64,000 nucleotides of DNA from Octopus sinensis. Taxonomy: Eukaryota. Of the stretch, positions 12,233 through 23,744 are shown piece by piece (position 1 is the stretch's first letter; the number at the start of each line of letters is the position of its first letter). The stretch covers positions 21,142,001 through 21,206,000 of the forward strand of contig NC_043008.1 of NCBI RefSeq assembly GCF_006345805.1, read 5' to 3'. The position numbers were made by a program, and so were the translations under genes. The notes beneath the pieces were generated by a model. That model saw nothing but the letters and a program-made list of their open reading frames with translations. It was not told where the DNA came from and did no database searches.

Positions 12233-12730
12233 GATGAAATTAAACAAACAAACGAAGTTTGCTTTAGAAGCGTTGAGATGTCTTAGAATGTTAAAGAAGT
12301 GATTTTTTAAATTCTCAAATGCAGGATAATGCTAATAATATAACCTGAACAAGATAAACTACCCCTATTTTGCACAAAAAAAGTGTTGGCGGCCAGCTAT
12401 GAAACTCAAATTCACACCCCTGTGATTACGCTTCGCAGTGCTTTGAACTTTAAGCTAAACTGCTCTCACCACAAATTCTTCCACAAATTTAAGATATATA
12501 GCATCTCATAAAGCGAGATTATTATGTATCTTAAATTTGCAGAAGAATTTGTTGTGAGGGCAGTTTAGCTTAAAGGTGAGAGCACCATGATGCATAATCA
12601 CGGGGGTGTGAGTTCGAGTCTCATAGCTGGCCGCCAACACTTTTTTTTGCAAAATAGGGGTAGTTTATCCTGTTCAGGCTATATTATTAGCATTATCCTG
12701 CATTTTAGAATTTAAAAAATCACTTCTTTA
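12229..12730 (-). mobile_element. Fold-back element carrying tRNA-like units, flanked by (TA)n
   Basis: ~210-bp inverted arms 12292-12505 / 12520-12730, plus a ~63-nt unique tail 12229-12291. Confidence 0.75.
12558..12636 (+). pseudogene. tRNA-like sequence (anticodon position CAT here, CGT in the inverted copy at 12387-12465), followed by T8
   Basis: Cloverleaf by eye: GGGCAGTT-TA-GCTT..GAGC (D arm), CATGA-TGCATAA-TCACG (anticodon arm), GTGAG-TTCGAGT-CTCAT (T arm), AGCTGGCC-GCCA, then TTTTTTTT at 12641-12648; mismatches and G33 suggest non-functional. Confidence 0.6.
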
Positions 12731-12743
12731 TATATATGTGTGT

Positions 12744-12803
<60 letters not shown>

Positions 12804-12835
12804 ATGTATCTGTATATATATATATATATATATAG

Positions 12836-13325
12836 TTAATCCAAACATGAAAACACAAAAAGAAAACACAACAACGCGAGGACGTGGAACAAGTATAGTA
12901 TTATTGGATGCTCAGGAAAGAAGGAGGGTTTAACGTTTCGAACGGAGCTCTTCGTCAGAAACATAGGAAAAGGAAAGATCCAAAGAAGGGAACACGGAGG
13001 GAAAAAAATCGCCAACGGTACACACGCGGTCACATTTTGAATGACCAGAAGGGAATGGGGGAAGAAAAAGTTCTTTCAAAGACAGGAGAGTGCAAGAGGA
13101 GGTATGTGTGTGTAAGTGTGGATATGTGCGTGCATGCAGGTCTGCGTGTGTGTATGTGTGTGTGTATGTGTGCAATGATAACACATGTGTGTATGGTTGT
13201 GGCTGTTAATCTATGTGTGTGATAGGGCTTAGTATTGTTTAAGGTCAAGGAAGAATGAATTAGGAGTGGCTCTTGTGTCTATCTAACCATGTGGAAAAAT
13301 GGTCAGTGAATGGTACTGGTAGTTT
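12836..13325 (-). mobile_element. Penelope-like pseudo-LTR fragment in (TA)n
   Basis: Contains a minimal hammerhead; (TA)n on both sides. Confidence 0.7.
12928..12962 (-). ncRNA. Minimal type I hammerhead ribozyme
   Basis: GTTT-CTGACGA-A-GAGC-TCC-GTTC-GAAA-CG-TT^AAAC: intact core, stem I GTTT/AAAC, palindromic AACGTT in place of stem III. Confidence 0.85.
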
Positions 13326-14393
13326 ATATATATATAGCTTTGCTAGCTGTTGCTACTCCATGATACTATGAAATCATGTGACACAGTAGTGCCATCTGAT
13401 GGTGAACTGATGGAATTTCGTCAAATGATAATTGAATTTCAATGCTTTTTAGAATTTGTTGTTTTCCTGAAATTATTTTTTCAGAACGTTTACATCAGCC
13501 TAAGACATTGTAAACAACACATCCAAGTTAGGTTGGATGCGCTGACTAATATGTATATATACTTTCTTCCTTTTCCCTTCTTCTCTTTCTTTTTTCTGTT
13601 TTGCAAGTTTCTTGGCAGCTTCACTAGTGCCAGCGGCAGTGGCATACAACCAGCACCTGGAAGGTCATCAGGTGATACAAAACCATGCCAAAGCTGATGC
13701 CAGAGCTTGGCACAGTCATGCGACTTGCCAGTATATGTTAAACTGTCCAATCTATGCTAGCATGGAAAACTGAACAAAACAGATATTAAATGATGACGAC
13801 GATGACGATGATGATGACAATGATTATGACAACACAGCATTACTTATGTTTATGCATATGAGCACTTCTTTTCAGTTATAGTCTGCTCTGAACTATACTT
13901 GGAAACTCTTGCTAAGATTCTGTACCATGGGACAGATTTTCATTAGAAATTTAACATTATCTCATTCAAGAAAATTAAATTTATGTTTTTTATTTTGTTA
14001 TATTTAGTTTTTCATTTTTATTTTATTGGTAAAATAACTAATGACAGTATCAGATAAAAATTGAATGAATTGAAATTTGGAAAATCTTGTTAAAACCAAG
14101 TGAAAAAAATATATATATTTCATTCTCAAATGATTGATATTTTAATAAAAACGGAATTCAAAGGAAACTAAGATCTAATAATTCAGTTAGTACATGTTTA
14201 ATCAACATATTTTTCCTGGGCTATTTCGCTAACTAGAATGATACAGAACATTTCCTATTCTAATATTCATCCAGTACTCATAAAAATCAATTGAAGAATA
14301 TCAATGACTGTACTTGAATTCTTTTGAGATAAAATTTCAAAATAGCGTCATTAATCAAAAACATCCATTCCTTATTAGATGTAGAAATTAATT

Positions 14394-14434
<41 letters not shown>

Positions 14435-14449
14435 GATGATGATGATGAT

Positions 14450-14905
14450 AATGGTTTCAAATTTTGCCACAGGGGTAGCAGTTTTCGAGGAAGGGATGAG
14501 TCGATTACATCGACCCCAGTATGCAACTGGTACTTATTTTATCAACACTGAAAGGATAAAGGGCAGGCGACCTCGGCAGAATTTGAACTTGGAACGTAGC
14601 GGCAGATAAAATACCGCTAAGCATTTTGCCTGGCATGCTAACAATTCTGCCAGCTCACTGCCTTAATAATAATAATAATTATTTCATATTTTTGCCACAA
14701 AGGCAGCTTGGGGGAGGGGGAGATGAGTCGATTACATCAACCCCCGTCTTCAACTGGTACTTATTTTATCAAACCCCTGAAAAGATGAATGGCAAAGTTG
14801 ACCGTGGCAGAATTTGAACTTGGAACATAGTAGCAGATGAAATACCGCTAACGATTCTGCCAGCTCACTGCTTTAATAATAATGATAATAATAATAATAA
14901 TAATA

Positions 14906-14949
<44 letters not shown>

Positions 14950-15720
14950 TATGATAATGATAATAATGATAATAATAATAATAATAATAATAATGATAAT
15001 CATTTTGCCCTAGGAGTCAGGAAGACACTTGGCAAGAAATGGAAACAAATTAAAACAAGAAAACTCATCATAATAACAACAACAACAACTATAACAATAA
15101 TAATTCTTTCTACTAGAGACAAACAAGACCTGAAATTTTGAGGGAAGGTGCTAATCAATTACATCAACCTCAGTACATAACTGGTACTTATTTTATCGAC
15201 TTCAAAAGTATAAAAGGCAAAGTTGACCTTGGTAGAATTTGAACTCAGAACATAAAGCTGAATGGTAATGATTCTACCAGGTTGCCATCTGAAATTTGGA
15301 GAGAAGACTAGTCGATTACATCGACCCCAGTGCATAACTGGTACTTTATTTATCAACCCTGAAAGGATGAAAGGTAAAGTCGACCTCAGCAGAATTTGAA
15401 CTCAGAACGTAGCAACAGATGAAATGCTGTTAAGCATTTTGCTCAGTGTGCTAACAATTCTGGCAGCTTGCCACCTTAATAATAACAATAATAGTGATTA
15501 TGGCTTCAAAATTTGGCACAAAGCCAGCAATTTCAGGGGTGGGGTAAGTCAATTACATCGACACACACCCTCATGCTTGACTAGTATTTATTTTATCAAC
15601 CCCAAAAGGATGAAAACCAAAGTTGACCATGGTGGAATTTGAACTCAAAACATGATCATGAATGAAATACTGTGAAGCATTTTGCCTGGCATGCTATCAA
15701 TTCTGCCGGCTGACCCCACC
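14450..15720 (-). mobile_element. Tandem cluster of five family B-related SINE copies separated by (TAA)n
   Basis: Repeated GAATTTGAACT...AAATACCGCTAAGCATTTTGCC blocks at about 14450, 14690, 15105, 15290 and 15505. Confidence 0.85.
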
Positions 15721-15724
15721 AATA

Positions 15725-16057
15725 ATGACCATCATCATTTAGTGTTCCTTGTCCATGCTGGCATGGGCTGGATGGTTTGGCCTGGGCTGGTAAGCTAGAA
15801 GGCTGCATCAGACTCCAGTCTGATTTGGCATGGTTTCTACAGTCACATGACACCAGCATTGGCCACGACTACGATTTCACTTGGTTTGGTGGGTTTTCTC
15901 AAGCACAGTCATTGCCTCTGTGAGGCCCAACGTTTGAAGATCATGCTTCACCACCTCATCCCATATCTTCCTGGGTCTATCTCTACTACAGCTTCCCTCC
16001 TCAGTTAGGGATCAGCACTTCTTTACACATCTGTCCTTGCCCATATGCATCACATAC
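15725..16057 (-). mobile_element. RTE LINE 3' end (RT C-terminus plus family C tail)
   Basis: Minus strand YVMHMGKDRCVKKC*SLTEEGSCSRDRPRKIWDEVVKHDLQTLGLTEAM joined to the family C tail. Confidence 0.8.
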
Positions 16058-16058
16058 G

Positions 16059-16109
<51 letters not shown>

Positions 16110-16111
<2 letters not shown>

Positions 16112-16778
16112 TGCTGCAAAATATGTGGTGATGAGGTAGAAACAATAAATATATTGTCCCTGGCTGCCCAGTCTGAACTAAGAAGGAATATATCCACAGA
16201 CATGATGACAAAGTTGCGGCCTATATACACTGGAAGCTATGCCGGCTCTATGATATGACAACAGAAAAAAGATTGTTTAGGCATACCTCAGAAAAGGTCT
16301 CAGAACATGATAAAGCAACCATACTCAAGGATGTGTCAATACACACAGTTAGTGAGATCAAGGCTAATAGACTGGATATAGTTGTCTGAGACCACAAAGA
16401 AAAAAAAAGCCCTCTAATCAACGTATCAATCCCAACAGATTACAATGTATCTCTAAAAGAAATGGAGAAACTCTCAAAATACAAGGCTCTGGAAAATAAA
16501 GATAATGTGGGGCTTAAAAGTAGGATCAATCCCTGTAATAATAGCTTCGTTATGTATGATTAAAAAGCATACAGACAAATGTATAACAAAACACCAGGAC
16601 TTACGAATATATGTATATTACATACAGAAAATTGCACTACAAGGCATCACACGCATCCTACATAAAGCACTTTCAATACAGTGAAAATAACAACAGCAAA
16701 ACAAACTACAGCACATATCCAATGCACACAGAACAGTGCTCGGTAGTGCAATGAAAGCACATGATCAAAATGAGACTA

Positions 16779-16783
<5 letters not shown>
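16110..16783 (+). mobile_element. R4/Dong-type (RLE) non-LTR element, 5'-truncated and degenerate
   Basis: CKICGDEVETIN CCHC region plus PD..D nuclease remnants; (AAT)n on both sides; paralogous to 17378-18393. Confidence 0.85.
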
Positions 16784-16835
<52 letters not shown>

Positions 16836-16836
<1 letters not shown>

Positions 16837-17357
16837 TTGTGATCTTAACTGATTGGAAGTGTTATCATGTACATTGTTTTGTCTTGGTATAAAAGATGGG
16901 CTACAGCAAATATTCTGTTCAATACCACAGATTTGCTTGTCAGTTGTTTGACCTTAACCAGTTGAGCATGTCCCTTAGTGGCTGACGATATGTGCATCTC
17001 TGATCACGAGCAGAAGTAGTGGGGGAGCATCATAGCCATGTGTTGAGAGGGATTCTTTGGGGTTTGAATAATTCACCTCTGGAAACATGGGTGGTTCTTT
17101 CAACATCCTTAAACAACCCTTATACAGAGACCTTTTGAGTGGGATGGGCTACTCAACTTGAAGAAAATTCTAACTGGGCTCCACCTGCAAGGTCATGTGC
17201 TGTTTATTTTGATATGAGATCACCATGTCGCGTACATATGGTTGTGATGCATGTGCCTGGTGTACCCTTATCAGATGGGTAGTCATGATGGGTATATTGG
17301 GCTTCGTATATTTTACTCCAGTGTCACTTTGATGGCATGAACTGCTCTCTCACTCAA
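16836..17357 (+). mobile_element. Non-LTR element 3' end or unclassified repeat bounded by (TAA)n
   Basis: Discrete, higher-GC block with (TAA)n on both sides; no clear ORF. Confidence 0.5.
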
Positions 17358-17377
17358 TAATAATAATAATAATAATA

Positions 17378-18393
17378 CTTCAGAAGCAAGGAAAACTAAT
17401 ACAAATAGCCACAAAACACAGGCAAAACAAAAAACTTTTCAGTATTTTAGAAAGCTGACAAATAAAAACTACCTAACAAATATGAAGAAGAGACAACAAA
17501 AGGTATAAAACAAATGAAATCCAAACTAAAACTAGAACAGCAACAGACCATGATCAAATGATGGCAAGAAAAGCCCCTTCATGGCAAATATTGGGCTACA
17601 CTAAATGCAAAAGAAATAGACAGAGAAAAATCCCAGCAATGGTTGAGAAGCTCAAGACTCAAAGCAGAGACTGAAGGATTTTTAATTGCAGCACAAGACC
17701 AAAGCCTCCCCACCAGAAATTACCAAAAACATATAATGAAAAGAAACATAACAAGTAACTGCAGAATATGTGGAGATGGACAAGAAACAATAAATCATAT
17801 TATCTCTGGCTGCCCACTCCTGGCTAAGAAGGAATATATTCACAGACACGACAGACCTACATACACTGGAAGCTATGCCAACACTATGGAATAACAACAG
17901 AAAAAAGATGGTATAAGCACAGGCCAGAAAAGGTCACAGAAAACAAGAAAGCAACCATAATATGGGATATGCCAATACACACATATCGAGAAATTACGGC
18001 CAACAGACCAGATATAGTTGTCAGAGATCATGAAGAAAAAAAATGCTTTCTAATTGATGTATCAATACCAGCAGATGACAACATGTCTCTAAAAGAAATG
18101 GAGAAACTTTCAAAATACAAAGACCTGGAAATAGAGGTAACTCGAATGTGGAATCTAAAAGCAGAGATAATTCCTATCATAGTGGTGCGTGAGGTATGAT
18201 AAAAAATATTCAGACAAACACATAACAAAAGCACCAGAACCTACAAATATATATAACATACAGAAAATTGCACTACTGGGCACTGCACACATCCTATGCA
18301 AAACACTTTCAATACAGTAACCATAAGAGCATCACAACAAACCACAGCACTCGGTAGTGAAGTGAAATCACGCTATAAAAATAAAACTACTGA
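17378..18393 (+). mobile_element. R4/Dong-type LINE 3' part (CCHC finger and restriction-like endonuclease)
   Basis: ETEGFLIAAQDQSLPTRNY...CRICGDGQETINHIISGC...RHD and RPDIVV...LIDVSIP...EKLSKYKDL; frameshifted; (TAA)n flanks. Confidence 0.92.
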
Positions 18394-19217
18394 ATAATAA
18401 TAACAACAACAACAAGAATAGAAATAATAGAATTAACTGAAAAGAAAACCAGTTGCTAGAAAGTGACAGAACTGTGAGAAACGACTTTAATTAAAGAAGT
18501 GTTTGTTGTTTGATTTTTAAATTTTGATTAAATTCCAACAGCTATCAACTGCGTGTGCTCTGTTGTTTGGAGAATAGCAGCTACAGGGAATAGATTTTGG
18601 AATTTATTACTATGAAGCACTTTATTTAAGTACTGAAGTTTCTTTTATAAGAAACTAAAAGAAGAATTATTCTCATTTGGGATTATTATTACAAAGGTGT
18701 TGAAACAGGTTTTAAAAAAATTATTTTGTTAGCAATAAAATATACATTTTTTTTTTTCCGAGATGCAGTCAAACTATTTATATTTCATTTTGTTGTATTG
18801 CATATATTGATTATTGAGTGTTATTCCGCTATAAATATATGAACATTATGTAAGGTCATTGTGGTTACATGCTTAAAATGGAAAAAAAGAATATTGAAGT
18901 TTGTGAAATTGTAATCCTTAGAGTAAATAAGTTTAGAAAGTGAAGAAGTATCAGTGTTGCTGATTAAAATGTACAGAAAAGGTGATGAGTTGGTTTAAAT
19001 ATGTAACTGCATGAAGCATATAAAACCTATCGTTTATAGTTGTTGAACTTTGGGTGGTTCATTTTACCAATAAAAATACGCACACTGGTTATATTGTGCT
19101 TCTTTTATTATCATCTGTAAAATAGCTGGTTACAAATTCACTAATTGATTGCTTGACCAACTGTTTGGTCCATGAACCCTTTGGTTTGTCAGAGTCCTTT
19201 TTTGTCATTGTTTGTTT

Positions 19218-19448
19218 TTTCTCTACTGCCCACAAGGGGCTACACACAGAGGCGACAAGCAAGGACAGACAAATGGATTAAGTCGATTATATCGACCTCA
19301 GTGCATAACTGGTACTTATTTAATCGACCCTGAAAAGATGAAAAGCAAAGTCGACCTCGGTGGAATTTGAACTCAGAACGTAAAGATAGATGAAATACCG
19401 CTAAGCATTTTGCCCAGCATACTAACATTTCTGCCAGCTCGGCACCTT
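19218..19448 (-). mobile_element. SINE family B
   Basis: Full-length match to 10200-10427. Confidence 0.9.
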
Positions 19449-20892
19449 TTTTTAATTGTGACCTTATAAATCACAGTTACAAACTGAATGATTGATAGAA
19501 CAGTTGATTAGTTAACTAGTCAAGTAGTAATAATAAAAGAAGTGGAATACAATCAGCACGTTATTTTAATTGGCAAGATGACCCTCCCAAGGTATAACAA
19601 TATTTGCCTCAGCACATTGTTATTTAACCCAAGATCAACTTTGACTGAGCAGATCCATGACACTACACAGGTCTTTAGACAAACCACATCCTTGCATTGT
19701 TCTAGATATATCAACATGCACTGTTGTACTTCCTCCACTGTCCAATTTATTTCTGCACCTTTGTTGTCATTGTTATTGTTATTGTTGTTGCTCTTTGGCT
19801 GCTGAGCAGACCTGTGATCAAAGCTATGTGAGCTGTAACCATTTTGTGCCCTTATATTTTATTTCTCAGACTGTGTGCACTCTGGACCACATTGCCTAAA
19901 GTGTTTTTCCCTTTTGAAGATAGTAGTATCTGATCTGTGGTAGATTTTACTGCTATTTCTAGCAGGTTCCTTGACCATGTAGATGCTCTTTTCTGTATTC
20001 TCGAGTTGGCCATAGCAGTGGTGGACAATTTGAAATTGGTTAGAGTATGACAACTGCACATATGCATGCGCACACACATGTGCACATACACACACACATG
20101 TTCATGTACTCACACACACATGCTCACACATACACTCAAACACACACACATACACTTACACACACCACATCATTTGTGCTGTAGTTTAATCATTTCTTTG
20201 AGGCAAGGTGACTGATTTTGTTGGGAACCCTCTGCCTGCAGTGCTTTTGGTGGCAGCATGGAACATTCTTTTCTATTCTAGGTACAAGGCCTGAAATTTT
20301 AGGGGAGGGGGCCAGTCGATTACGTTGACCCCAGTACGCAACTGGTACTTAAATTATCAACCCCGAAAGGATAAAAGGCAAAGTCGACCTTGGCGGAATT
20401 TGAACTCTGAATGTAAAGGCATATGGTACATATGGTTTGTTGAGTAGAAGCGAAATGGCTAAATGGATGAACACATTTTTATTACTGACTTAATATTCAT
20501 GAATGCACACTTGTTTCAGACATTTCAACACATTTCTTCAAATCACCTAACTATTGGATACGCAGGTCCCTGATTTTATGATCAAAAACCAGCAAGGTGA
20601 TCACTCTCTGGTGTAGAGTTTTGATTACCATAAATCAATATCTTGAAGAGTGTAGATTACTTATTGTCTTGATCTAATATATTTTATTTCACCTGTGTTT
20701 CTGTAGAATTTAGCAGGTTTTTTTTTGCATGAAGAGAACATATTTGGAAGTTTAGCATAAGATAACAGTTTACAAATATTACATGTCCACTCTTGAAATA
20801 ATAATTATAGCAGATTAGTTGCCTTAATGAAGTATATTGCGATGCTTTTACTCCTGTATATTTTCTAAGTATTTTCCATAGATTAATCACTA

Positions 20893-21440
20893 AATTTCTG
20901 GGTTCTGACTCGTCATCAGTGTGTGACAATTACAAGTTGTCGATGAAAAGTAGGCCTCCCTTTGCAGATACATAACCTTTTTCCAGTGACGAAAAGTCAC
21001 TGATATTGAAAACGTGTAAACAAGCAATAATAAATCTCTGAGCGAGGTATAAACAGTAGCTGATAGGACACAGAAAATGTGTCAATAGCCAGCTGGAGGA
21101 GGTGTCCTCCTGGGGCTACAAGCTACAGTAACATTCACCCTTAGGGGTTAGCCACATTTAAGTGACAAATATACTTCACGATGTGTTGCAGCTACTGTTT
21201 ATATCTCGATCAGGGATTTATTATTGCTTGTTTACACTTTTTCGATATCAGTGACTTTTCGTCACTGGAAAAAGGATATATATTTGCAAAGGGAGGCCTA
21301 ATTTTTATTGACAACTCATGATTGTCACACGCTGATGACGGGTCAATACCCAGAAACTCGAGTCCGTGTATATCATAGATTGAAGACAGAATAACTAAAT
21401 TAGTTTACTCCTAATCTCTCGCTAATATCCTATTTTTTTC
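20893..21440 (+). mobile_element. Fold-back Penelope-like element with hammerhead and structured loop
   Basis: ~170-bp inverted arms 20893-21062 / 21189-21358; hammerhead at the end of the right arm; unique tail. Confidence 0.8.
21327..21369 (+). ncRNA. Type I hammerhead ribozyme
   Basis: ACACG-CTGATGA-C-GGGT-CAAT-ACCC-A-GAAA-CTCGAG-TC^CGTGT: 5-bp stem I, 4-bp stem II, palindromic ACTCGAGT stem III, GUC cleavage triplet. Confidence 0.9.
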
Positions 21441-21458
21441 TACATATGTTTATGTATA

Positions 21459-21848
21459 CTCTTTTACTTGTTTCAGTCATTTGACTGCGCCCATACTGGA
21501 GCACCGCCTTTAATCGTGTAACTCGACCCCGGGACTTATTCTTTTGTAAGCCCAGTACTTATTCTATCGGTCTCTTTTGCCGAACCACTAAGTAATGGGG
21601 ACATAAACACACCAGCATCAGTTGTTGAGCGATGTTGGGGGGACAAACACAGACACAGAAACATACACACACACACACACATATATATACGATGGGCTTC
21701 TTTCAGTTTCCGTCTACCAAATCCACTCACAAGGCTTTGGTCGGCCCGAGGCTATAGTAGAAGACACTTGCCCAAGGTTCCACGCAGTGGGACTGAAGCC
21801 GGAACCATGTGGTTGGTTAGCAAGCTACTTACCACACAGCCACTCCTG
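21459..21848 (-). mobile_element. SINE family A, full length
   Basis: Match to 1640-2048. Confidence 0.9.
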
Positions 21849-22576
21849 TGTATGTTAGTTAAATCTTAATACTTTCTTAATACTTTTCTTCACACCTTTA
21901 ACTCACATCCAGTCACTAAGCAATTTAAATTTGTTCTGTTTTCAAAGAATCTTTTGTCTTCGTCACATAAGCTAAGTAAATTCAATTTGATTGCTTGTTG
22001 AAATATTCTATTTCTAGTTTCAATCTCGGTATTCTTTCTGTCTTTGGGTATTTCACAGACACTAGCAGCACAATTTACTTTCATGTTATTAAAAACTGCA
22101 GAATTAATAACACTGAACTCACCACCACCACCACCAACATCTGTAACAACTACAATAACATCATTGAGCAAACTGAATTTACAATGGGTCTCATTTGTGA
22201 GTGATTTAATTTAACTATTTAGCTGCCAAATTTCTCCACATCTCAGCATATCTTTGATATTGTATGTCAACTTTGCAAGACCTAAATCCTTGAGCCCCGA
22301 AGGAAAATGTCTACAGAAATGTGTAAGATTTCATGGCAGACAGATTTATTTTATATCTGCTATATCTAAAGATTTCAGTCAAGCATTTTGAAAGAGTGTT
22401 AAGATATTGGATAGTGTGTTGTTGATTTCTTTCCTGCTGTTACTAAGTCTGTCTTGTATTTGAAGCTTACTTTTAACTCTAAAGTTTAGTGATTAAAACT
22501 TGAAACTTAACATACACTCTCTCTCTCTCTTAGTTCATCTAGCTGTAAATAGCTAACATAAGCAGGTACAAGCATC

Positions 22577-22809
22577 TGTGTCTCTATTATCCACAAGGGG
22601 CTACACACAGAGGGGACAAACAAGGACAGACAAATGTATTAAGTCGATTACATCGATCCCACTGCGTAACTGGTACTTGATTTATCGATCCCGAAAGGAT
22701 GAAAGGCAAAGTCAACCTCGGCCGAATTTGAACCCATAACGTAACGGCAGACGAAATACGGCTGCGCATTTCGCCTAGCGTGCTAACGGTTCTGCCAGCT
22801 CGCCTCCTT
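22577..22809 (-). mobile_element. SINE family B with 18-bp TSD
   Basis: TSD TAAGCAGGTACAAGCATC at 22559-22576 and 22810-22827. Confidence 0.92.
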
Positions 22810-23439
22810 TAAGCAGGTACAAGCATCATTGTAGGCAATGTATTTCAATATTTCAGTATTGGAGCCAATATTTAGCTAAGCAGAAGTGTTGTGTCCAAGT
22901 CCTCTTCTTTGAACCTAAATCTCAATAGAAGTGCTTATACTATAACTATATTTAACAAATTTTGTCACAACTAATCCAGTCTGTTTTTATTGGTTTAATA
23001 CGGTGGGTGGGGCTGTGCTCATGACTTTTTCAAACCCTCCTGAAATCTTGAAACTTAGTGAGATTAACTCAATTAATGTTCCTCGTGCACAGTTGCAATT
23101 TGATAGCCGTAGGGAAAATGTGCTGGGAGAAAATACCAGAGGACTGTGGTTCCAGTGGGGGAAGGATTAAAGTTACTGGTTAATACAAAGTTTAGGGGTG
23201 GACGTGGACACAATATGGATGACAGAACATAGAAAAAATCTTTGATGAATCATCATAAAACATTGGATTGCTTACTTAGGTTCCATAATATGCTTAAGAA
23301 TTTTAAGAAATTTTCAGCTAAATTCAAGGACAACAGTAGCTAAATTTTCTTTGCTAAAAGCTACAGCACATAAATATCCCTGGAAACTGGTTTGACTGTT
23401 AAAAATAGAGATGATTATTGTATTCTGTTTTGTTTTGAA

Positions 23440-23560
23440 TGAGGAATTATATACATTATTTACAATGGATGGATAGGTTTTCTCATCTTGTTTGTTGTTA
23501 TCACAACATTTTGGCTGATGTACTCTCCAGCCTTCATCAGAGTGTGCTACTAATCCTCGG
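23440..23560 (-). mobile_element. Penelope-like pLTR remnant with CpG-decayed hammerhead
   Basis: CTGATGA-A-GGCTG-(10 nt)-CAGCC-AAAA-TGTTG; GAAA->AAAA and CG->TG are both CpG transitions. Confidence 0.6.
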
Positions 23561-23744
23561 ATTCTAGATTCAATTGTAGGTAGGGACTTGAAGAATAATA
23601 TTAACAGAAAAAATAACATCAGCAACACACCTTAGGAATGAGACTGATGCTATAGAGAAGATACTTGCCCAAGGTGCCAGTTCAAATTCTGTCAAGGTTG
23701 GTTTTGCTTTTCATTCTTTCAGAGTCGATAAAAAAAGTACCAGT

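Noticed and set aside
12558-12636. Functional tRNA-Met or tRNA-Sec gene
   Set aside because: Stem mismatches, G at position 33, different anticodons in the two arms, no UCA anticodon or long variable arm; embedded in a repeat
12292-12730. Fold-backs as long-read palindromic assembly artefacts
   Set aside because: Arms differ by many CpG-type transitions, indicating real aged genomic inverted repeats
13484-13526. Small AG..GT-bounded segment (NVYISLRHCKQHIQ)
   Set aside because: Phase 0-0, incompatible with the downstream exon, and no recognisable homology
21063-21180. Pistol, twister or HDV-like ribozyme assignment for the four-hairpin motif
   Set aside because: Short word similarities (CACGTTAA, TAAATAG in the 49.4-kb copies) exist, but the required pseudoknots and core nucleotides could not be built by eye
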